DNA of 64,000 nucleotides from Williopsis jadinii (lineage: Eukaryota), in assembly GCA_024346625.1 (NCBI GenBank), contig AP024666.1, forward strand, positions 1,612,001-1,676,000, in the 5' to 3' direction. The notes under the pieces were generated by a model. The model saw only the letters and a program-made list of their open reading frames with translations. It was not told where the DNA came from and searched no databases. The translations under genes were made by a program, and so were the position numbers. The stretch's first letter is position 1. Every line of letters starts with the position of its first letter. Positions 55,568-64,000 of this stretch are shown here, piece after piece.

Positions 55568-58339
55568 ATGAATTTGTTCAAGTTTGCCGTTGTTGTCATT
55601 GCCGTTTGTAAAACGGGATTGGCCCACGTTGACAAACTATCCTTCAAATACGGTGCTTCTGACGTTATTAGCCCTTCCGAGGACTTCCACTCGAAGCCTG
55701 ACAGTTGCGATGTGTCTACCTTGGTTGTCGCTGGCGGAGCAGGTATATCCTTGGAGTTTGCCAATTGGGTTGATCAAAAACAATTCGGTTATGACGTCCA
55801 CGTTGTGGCTAACTTACTCAACTGTGAAGCTAAAGCTGCAAATTTATGGACTGACACTAACTTACAGCTCTCTGATATTCAACTGTCGAGTTGTTCTGAG
55901 GGCTTGGTTCTTGATATTCAAACCATTGATGAATCTTTATACGCGGATCACCTCGCTATCGAACTTCTCACCACCATGGGATCAATTGTTCTATCGGAAG
56001 ACTGTTCGAACCCAAATTATGCTGCAAGTGTTCCATTGCAAAATCGTGGGGTGAAGTGTATCACTGTTCCAACTGTAAATTCCTTTGGTAAGAAATGCAG
56101 ACCTGCAAGCCTTACTCCTAAGAAGGCTCCCGAATACCCTAATGCAAAGACAACTACCATTGTGGTCACTGAATCTACTGCTTCAAAGACATCAACAATG
56201 CTTAACAAACCATCTGTTAAACTTTCTCTTTCAGGTTCTACACTTGAAGCAACTCATCCTCCGAGTGAACCTGAAGTCCTTAAACCAAGTCTTGCGGTTG
56301 AGCTTCCTATTACCAGAACTTTCCAGAAACCAACTCCGGTTCCGTCAACTTTAGTTAAAACAAGTGAGTATGCCGAAGCCTCTGACCGTTTGGATTCATC
56401 TACATCAGCTGCCTCAGGTGAATCAATCGATTCTATGAAGGAACATCAAGTCCGTGATAAAAAGCACGAAAGACCGGATGATCGTGATCCAAAGCACAAG
56501 AGACCTGATGGTCGTAATCCAAAGCACGAAAGACCGGATGATCGTGATCCAAAGCACAAGAGACCTGATGATGGTGATCAAAAGCACGAAAGACCTGATG
56601 GTCGTAATCCAAAGCACGAAAGACCGGATGATCGTGATCCAAAGCACGAAAGACCGGATGATCGTGATCCAAAGCACAAGAGACCTGATGGTCGTGATCC
56701 AAAGCACAAGAGACCTGATGAGCATGACTCAGAAACTTTCATAACATCCCACACCAAGAAATCTTCCATACATGAATCAACTAAGATTTCAACTGATCAT
56801 ACAGGGAAGCGCTCTACTAAGACATCCACCGAAGAGTCTACCGAAGAGTCTACCGAAGAGTCCACCGAAGAGTCTACCGAAGAATCTACCGAAGAATCTA
56901 CTGAAGAGACATCTGACGAAACCTCTGAGGAAACATCTGAGGAAACATCTGAGGAAACATCTGACGAAACCTCTGAAGAGACCTCCGACGAAACATCTGA
57001 AGAGACATCTGAAGAGACCTCTGAAGAGACATCTGAAGAGACATCTGAAGAGACATCTGAAGAGACCTCCGACGAAACATCTGAAGAGACCTCTGAAGAG
57101 ACATCTGAAGAGACATCTGAAGAGACCTCTGAAGAGACATCTGAAGAGACCTCTGAAGAGACATCTGAAGAGACATCTGAAGAGACCTCTGAAGAGACAT
57201 CTGAAGAGACCTCTGACGAAACCTCTGACGAAACCTCTGAAGAGACCTCCGACGAAACATCTGAAGAGACATCTGAAGAGACATCTGAAGAGACATCTGA
57301 AGAGACATCTGAAGAGACATCTGAAGAGACATCTGAGGAAACATCTGAAGAGTCTACCGAAGAGACATCTGAAGAGTCTACCGAAGAGACATCTGAGGAA
57401 ACATCTGAGGAAACCTCTGAAGAGACATCTGAGGAAACATCTGACGAAACCTCTGAAGAGACCTCCGACGAAACATCTGAAGAGACATCTGAAGAGACAT
57501 CTGAAGAGACATCTGAAGAGACCTCTGAAGAGACATCTGAAGAGACATCTGAAGAGACCTCTGACGAAACCTCTGACGAAACCTCTGAAGAGACCTCTGA
57601 CGAAACCTCTGACGAAACCTCTGAAGAGACATCTGAAGAGACCTCTGAAGAGACCTCTGAGGAAACCTCTGAAGAGACATCTGACGAATTGACCAGTACT
57701 ATCACTGATGAATCCTCAACTACTGAGGGCCCATGCGAATCTGATAAACCATCTGATGGCTATCCAAAGCACGATAAACCAGGCCGTTATTACCCAGAAC
57801 GCAAGGGACCAGGTCATCAGGATTCAAAACACGATGGAAAGAAATCGCCAAGCCGTTGTAAACCTTCTGGAAAGAACAGAAAGAAATCGGATCATCGTCA
57901 ATCCGATGATCCAGGTCTACATTCTAGACATCCTTCTATTAGGGGCCATTACGATAAACCGCACAAACGTGCTGAGTGGTCGATTGATGTCCCAGGTAAT
58001 GTTGGCCCTTGGAAAAGTGTTGATGTGTCCATCAAAGAGGACATCTCAACTAGGGGAAACTGTGACTTTATCAATGCCTCTGTATTCTTGAATGGTGTAT
58101 CATACCTACAGGCAGATGTTTCGGTCTCTCAAGACGCTATCAGTTGGAGAATTACAGAAGCCATTGCAGATACTGCACTATTCACTATCAGTTTTAGCTG
58201 TGAAGTCTCCAATGGAAATAGATGGACCTCTCAAGCGGATATATCCATCGATACACCACATCATCGTATGTGGAGTAGAGATCTTCACCAATGGAGCTTG
58301 GAAAAAACTGTTACTGATGAAGATATTTCCCTCGAATGA
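55568..58339 (+). CDS. Secreted repeat-rich protein without evident GPI signal
   Basis: Signal peptide MNLFKFAVVVIAVCKTGLA; Cys-containing N-terminal domain; two repeat blocks; beta-rich C-terminal domain; TATAAAA upstream. Confidence 0.8.
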   Translation: MNLFKFAVVVIAVCKTGLAHVDKLSFKYGASDVISPSEDFHSKPDSCDVSTLVVAGGAGISLEFANWVDQKQFGYDVHVVANLLNCEAKAANLWTDTNLQLSDIQLSSCSEGLVLDIQTIDESLYADHLAIELLTTMGSIVLSEDCSNPNYAASVPLQNRGVKCITVPTVNSFGKKCRPASLTPKKAPEYPNAKTTTIVVTESTASKTSTMLNKPSVKLSLSGSTLEATHPPSEPEVLKPSLAVELPITRTFQKPTPVPSTLVKTSEYAEASDRLDSSTSAASGESIDSMKEHQVRDKKHERPDDRDPKHKRPDGRNPKHERPDDRDPKHKRPDDGDQKHERPDGRNPKHERPDDRDPKHERPDDRDPKHKRPDGRDPKHKRPDEHDSETFITSHTKKSSIHESTKISTDHTGKRSTKTSTEESTEESTEESTEESTEESTEESTEETSDETSEETSEETSEETSDETSEETSDETSEETSEETSEETSEETSEETSEETSDETSEETSEETSEETSEETSEETSEETSEETSEETSEETSEETSEETSDETSDETSEETSDETSEETSEETSEETSEETSEETSEETSEETSEESTEETSEESTEETSEETSEETSEETSEETSDETSEETSDETSEETSEETSEETSEETSEETSEETSEETSDETSDETSEETSDETSDETSEETSEETSEETSEETSEETSDELTSTITDESSTTEGPCESDKPSDGYPKHDKPGRYYPERKGPGHQDSKHDGKKSPSRCKPSGKNRKKSDHRQSDDPGLHSRHPSIRGHYDKPHKRAEWSIDVPGNVGPWKSVDVSIKEDISTRGNCDFINASVFLNGVSYLQADVSVSQDAISWRITEAIADTALFTISFSCEVSNGNRWTSQADISIDTPHHRMWSRDLHQWSLEKTVTDEDISLE
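56461..56728 (+). repeat. 30-bp coding repeat, 9 units of KH(E/K)RPD(D/G)RDP
   Basis: Unit AAAGCACGAAAGACCGGATGATCGTGATCC. Confidence 0.95.
56825..57688 (+). repeat. 12-bp coding repeat, about 70 units of TSEE/TSDE/STEE
   Basis: Unit ACATCTGAAGAG and variants. Confidence 0.95.
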
Positions 58340-61300
58340 GTTTCCCGATTGGAAACTTGACGTAACGAGTTTTTTCTACAGCAATTCAGGTAATGATGAA
58401 CTTCGAACCCTTTATAAGAGAACATTGTTTTATTCTGGTCTGATTGTGACTTCTTGTCGCATTTCTCTTCTTGCTTCCTTCTTCTGTCCTTCTTCTGTCC
58501 CTATTTCCTGTATTTTTTTCTTCTTAACGGGAATCTCTTTCGACTTCTATATTGTTCCAGCTTAGGACTTCAAATGAAAATACCCCAAACTTTCTTCCTT
58601 TTTTATGAGTTTGATACAGGGTGTCTTTTTTCTGTCTGTTTATTCTTTTAATACTTGATCTTTTAACAATTAGTTATGATTGTATTTCAATTCAAACTTT
58701 TATACGAAGCAGTGCTATGACGGTGTTTCTGTTGAAATATTCACTCACCTGAGGTGGGTTCCGTTTGTATAATAGTAAATCTGGTTTAGCTATTTGGAGT
58801 TCGTTTTAATTTTGGAATTAACCTCATTATTTGCTTCATTGAACCATATAACATGTCCTAACTTGTCTAATGTAAATATTGGTTATATCAATCTAGATAA
58901 TATGCAGTTATTAAAGTAATTATAGTAATTAAAATAAATATAACTAGCAGTGTATGTTTTTAAAAAAATGATGAGTTCATTTTTCATCAAAAACTTTAGG
59001 ATGAAAGAATCATTTTATACTCCGGGAATTATTATATAAATATACAATTATTATAATCAATAGTTGTAATACATATTACAATATTTGATGTGATTCAGCT
59101 TGATTTAATCGATAGATCTAACAAAACATTAACCAAATACAATTTCAATGAAGTGAAGTGTGTGGAGAACTGTATCCCAAATTAACATCAGCTGTAGTGT
59201 GATCTGACAAATTATAAGGATGCTTGGTTTCAGCATGTTCCCACCATTGAGTGAAAATGGATCAAAAATCTCAATGCTTGAAGCTGTACTATAGCCCATA
59301 AAGCAAGAATTACATAAAATGTAAAACATTTATTACCAAAAAAAAAGATTAGGTGCGTGATGTTTTGAAACTCTTCGCACCATCTCAATGTATTACATTG
59401 TATCGTTATTTACTCCCTTCCTCTTCGGTACGTAATTGAAGTAAATCATTGACCTTGTAATGTTGGTTTCAAATATGAAATACCACCATCTTGCTTCAGA
59501 TTACTTTCCCCTGTATCAAGTTTTTAAGTCTAGATTACTAAAAATAGCCACCTGCTAATTCCGAAGTTGGGCTGAAAGACTATCATGAACTCCATTGTTT
59601 CAAATCAATATATAGCTCAGTTTTGCGCCATGACTTTACGAGAATAGAACAATATTGATTATATTTGTCCAAGTCTCCCCTCTATGCCTCGAAAACGGTT
59701 TCGAAGTATAAAATAAAGACGGCTCTTGTCAATATTTGGAGATTCCCATGTACAACTTCAACAAGTTTGCATCCACAGATGTACTTAATGTATCCCCATG
59801 TACAGTGATGATGCACCATGCGTAATGTAGGCTCGGGTAAAGAAAAAACCATAAGAAATATGCAAGCGTATGTACTACTTGCCAAAAGTTGAACCACCTC
59901 GGGTTTTATTTAGATATTTATTGGACGGTTTTCAGTGATGAGGATGTAATGATTTGCATTGTTTTGATTTCACAGTTATGAACCTTTTTTTTTTGAAAAA
60001 TGAAAAGATCAAAATGAAATAGCTTCAACTGTAATAAAGTTCCAGGATACATAGGCCCAATCTGATCCGAAGCTGTGACGGTCTTAGGAATTAGAAATGA
60101 AAGGCATATTTAGGAGGCTTGGCAATCAATGCAAAGGAGTGTCCGCAGTCGTAGGTTCTCTACTGTATATTGGTATCTAAGCGAGAGTCCACATGAATGC
60201 TGAATTTTCACTATGAGCTAGTGCCATTCTCATTAATATAATACAAGCAAAGAAGCAACGAAAGAGTAATCAGGTCTTTGATGAAACAATATAAGCATGG
60301 TGAGAGAATATTTCTCAGGGGTTAACTGTGCAATACATTCCTATCATATTTCTTGATATTCTATCTTGAGGACTTGATTGAAACATTTACTATCCAACAA
60401 TACAGAATGAGTGTTCAAAAGAATGAGAATAGATTAGACAATCACATGAACTTTTCAATGTATCATTAGCCCTATAGTGACTGTTGCATGCAGCTTGACC
60501 TGTAGTTCATTTGGTCAAAAAAACACATTTATGAAGAATCGAAATTAATTTAGTAATGACTAGATTCATCGATTGGTTGATAGTTTAAGTTTAATGGATA
60601 TATCGCTGGTCTCCATGAAGGTGTTATTAGGGCTCTTAAAGTGTGATCCAATTTTTTCAAAACAGGCTATTTACAATGATATGTAAAGTAGAAGGACTCT
60701 GCAGAAGAAAATGAAGCTGGAAACCTCTTCTTATGCGATATGGTCACGTTGTCTTGTACATGAAGCCTTTGCAAGCTCTTTAATAGGATGAAATACAGGT
60801 GGACGGTAGAAATCAAAAGTCCAAAGACGTCACCATGTGTATTGTTTACAACCACACGAGAGTATTTCATTCTAGACAAAACCAAATAGGCTGATTGTGA
60901 GAAAAGTTTTGATTTGTTTGTCACACTCCTGGAAAATAATTCCAAAATCCGAAATCACTTTAATGAAAATATACTCCTGTGATATGATCAGAGAAATCTG
61001 AGGCCCATTGAACCAATACGGAGTACCCTCTCGTCAGGCAAAAGTTCTTTACTCAGTTTATTTATAGCCACTACCAACCCTTGCTAACTGATTGTTAGTT
61101 TTACAATGAAATAAAAGCAACATTCTTTTTTCTTTTATTCCTTGAACATCGTCGGACTCAAGCCTTTTCAAGTCAACGATTTTACATGTCCAGCTCTAGG
61201 ACTTTGGAGAGATCATCGTTGACATGAAACTTTGGAGGAAATACAGTCCTAGTTGATTTATGCAATACTGACGTTATTCCTTGAAGGATTTATTGATATT

Positions 61301-63534
61301 TCTGCCCACGGCAAAATAGAAAGGAATATCTGTAAATTCTTCCAACCTATTCTAAACACTGGAAACTAAGATTGTTTCCTGCTTATTTGTACAATTGGGT
61401 CGACTCAACTCGGGATCGCACACTTTGTTCTTCACAGGAAACATCTTAAGTCCATAAGACAGAACCAGACACTAAGAAGTGGTACACAGGAACCAAAGAT
61501 GTTAAAACCTTCTGAAACTCATCCAATCATACACTTTTATAAAAATAATTTAGATCTTTTGTAACCTGTGGAAGAAACGGTCGAGAAGAGAAGAAAAGGA
61601 AAAAGAAAAGACTCAGTTGAGCAGTGCCGAAAGGCAGCTTACATGCACATGTGCATCTGAGCCATGCGTTGACGAAATGCAGGATCTCGGTATCCGAAGA
61701 TTGGAATGTTTTCCACAATTGTGAAAACGCGTAGCCCAATTAGAACAAGAAAGTCTTACTCTTTACGACTTGCATCCATATTGTCTGATCCTTGAGCAGT
61801 CCATGACCCGATTTCATCCGTGGATCACGCCATAAATTTCCAACTGGACTTGGTTTGAAGTTCTAGTTGATCTTGTGCACTGAATAGAAAAGAAAGAAGA
61901 TCGTAGTAAATCCTCCTTCTATGAGGGAATTGAGGACCGCCTGACACGGCAAAAGTGTAGTATTTGTATGATTATATGCGTCTAATGTCAATGGACAAGT
62001 TTTACTGTTAGGTTTAAAAGCTATATGGTATAGACGTCTTACTCTTTGTGATGTTTGTATGTTATGTTCGCACTTAAAGCCGGACCGTTATGCAAGTGCG
62101 CCTCTTAACTGCCGTAAGGGCTAGAGAAGTAGGTCAGCTTTAGGGCACTATGGACATAAACACATAAAGCCAAAAGAAGTACCGTTCCCATACAGTCTCA
62201 CAAGACTGTGGTGATTACAATGTCATAACAAATTAAGCGAAACCTATTTACAAAAGAAAAAAAAGCAGCGTCAAGGCGGCGGAAATCATACATAGTTTGG
62301 TCCGTGTGTTCTTCCAAGAAGGCAGGGACCCTTTCAAGTTGACCGTGGGTTGGTAAAAAGTCTCTTTGCTTCTCAGTAAACTCAATTCCTATAAATGAAA
62401 CGCTTTATGAAGCTGTGCTTAGAAGCAAAAATAATGTGGGAGAAGTTCCAGTTAGATGTGGACCACTGAATAGCTTCTAGAAATCATTTAGACACGCAGA
62501 AAGTTTTTATATCAGGTTTGTAAATTAAGGTAATTTGATCAGGATGAACAAAATTTTGTTAAAACTCAGACCATGAGCTTTGTAGAGTATATACTGTACA
62601 TATTAGATAGGCCATATGCACGAAATAAGTGCTTTATTTTGTCTGTTCAACCGTTCAGTTGGTCGGTCGGAGTTGACGGCTGAAACGGTTGATGTGCATG
62701 AGCGGCTCCATTTTTCTGCAGAAGTGCATATAGTGTTTTGCCAAACAGTTGTGTTAACTATAAAAGCTGGTGGCTAATGGGTACTATGGTCTGTGTAGAT
62801 ATTATGGCGACTCTGGAGTATTCCCATGGTCAATGAGACTTGTATATGTTCTTGTTGGACCTTGCTATCATCCTTATCGTAAAGAAGAATGAAGTACACT
62901 TGGACGGGTAGTTATTAATATTGTGCTATCAGATATCCGATCGAGAATCAGAAGAAACAAACAGGCACACTCAGTAACCATTTGGATTCAAGAGTACGCA
63001 ACGTCAGCAAGAAGAGTTGTACTGTTATTTCAGACTGTGACTTGAGTAATATGCACAGTACTCTATCCAAATAAAATTATGGTACAACTTGTGTGTGCCT
63101 GATGCATTGAGCATACTTAAGTAACTTCAATAGACCTTAAATTCTAACCCATGGAAAATTAAACGGTGAACAAATTAGCCGTGGATAAAGACCTACATCC
63201 TGCAGGATGTATCAATATGTAAATTAATTTCCAGTCTTATGACATCGAAAACAAGTTACTTATTACAGATCACATGTCACAGATCATATATCGCATATGC
63301 ACCAGAGAACCTAGTTGTGGTCACCGAATACATTTACATAATATATCAAGGTTTTATAGCTTCTTGAAAGACACATATGTCCTACCCACAAGTGCCGATA
63401 GTTACAGATAGTTACACCCTTATTCATTACTCTGAATTTATATATACCAACATACGGCTCAAATTCCTTCCTGAATTCACAGCTGTGTGAAAAACCACAA
63501 AGTAGGACGACAGATACAACCAAAAATTTCGAAA

Positions 63535-64000
63535 ATGCAGTCATCTATAACCAATTTGATATTTCTCTTCATTTTTGGAACGATTTCCCTCGCTAAAGAG
63601 GTTGATAACGTCTTTACTTCTTTAGATTCCATCAGGCTTTCGTCATCGTCTAGCGGCTTGATTCCTTTCAGTTTTTATGACGTCCAAGTCAGCTGGAATA
63701 TTGATGCCGATGTTGTTGCTACCGGTGATACTTTCAGCTTGAGAATGCCATATGTTTACCAAGTTAGAATTTACAACAGTGGCATCCAGAGCTCTTATTT
63801 CGATATTACGAGAAACGGAGAAACAGTGGCATCTTGTGAAGTTGACAACGCCAGTGGTAGATCCCTTCAGACAACAATCACATGTACTGTGACTGCTGAT
63901 ATTTCAAGTTACACAAGTCTCAGCGGTGTCGTTAACTTTACTGTGGCTTTTGACAACGGTGGAAGATTTGAGACGATGGAAGCAGCAACTCATTGGGTTG
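63535..64000 (+). CDS. Second Als-like adhesin paralogue (5' part; missing from ORF track)
   Basis: MQSSITNLIFLFIFGTISLAKEVDNVFTSLDSI...[18 protein letters not shown]...VASCEVDNASGRSLQTTITCT, clearly homologous to the gene at 50926. Confidence 0.9.
   Translation, partial: MQSSITNLIFLFIFGTISLAKEVDNVFTSLDSIRLSSSSSGLIPFSFYDVQVSWNIDADVVATGDTFSLRMPYVYQVRIYNSGIQSSYFDITRNGETVASCEVDNASGRSLQTTITCTVTADISSYTSLSGVVNFTVAFDNGGRFETMEAATHWV

Noticed and set aside
51924..57705. Long antisense and alternate-frame ORFs in the adhesin and TSEE repeats
   Set aside because: Shadows of low-complexity coding repeats
58393..58443. Box C (ATGATGA) and box D (CTGA) pair
   Set aside because: Only about 50 nt apart with no recognisable rRNA guide sequence
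59010..59095. Point-centromere-like layout on the - strand (ATCACATC, AT tract, TTCCCGGA)
   Set aside because: CDEI and CDEIII are mismatched, the spacer is too short, and point centromeres are not expected in the inferred lineage
59461..59763. Possible solo LTR (TGTTGG...TCAACA)
   Set aside because: No matching 5-bp target duplication and no second copy in the window

Overview
Budding-yeast (Saccharomycotina) nuclear DNA. CTG reads as Leu, for example in the FET3 signal peptide, so this is not the CUG-Ser clade. Short 53-77 nt introns and gene content suggest a Cyberlindnera/Wickerhamomyces-type yeast (inference). Positions 1-46 kb are gene-dense: MED14 (partial), a PRR1-like kinase, a TM plus CLASP-like gene split by an in-frame TAG, XYL2, FET3, an amino acid permease, a hAT transposase relic, YIP5, a divergent HGT1-like transporter, MEF1, MMS1-like, FYV7, SPC3, PET309-like, a YBR085C-A-like microprotein, DUF1989, a KpsF/GutQ-like SIS protein, a 23-bp minisatellite, VPS62, an orphan gene, SFI1, DCG1 and SRAP/HMCES. 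Positions 46-64 kb are gene-poor, with two Als-like adhesins (one partial), a repeat-rich secreted protein and long promoters. Five intron-containing genes were rebuilt by hand. No tRNA, rRNA or CRISPR was recognised. No clearly new system is proven. The best leads are the interrupted TM-CLASP gene, the SIS/DUF1989/microprotein block with its repeat array, the Ppr1/UaY-type site at DCG1, and Als-like domains lacking the canonical peptide-binding Lys. All family assignments are by eye, without database searches.
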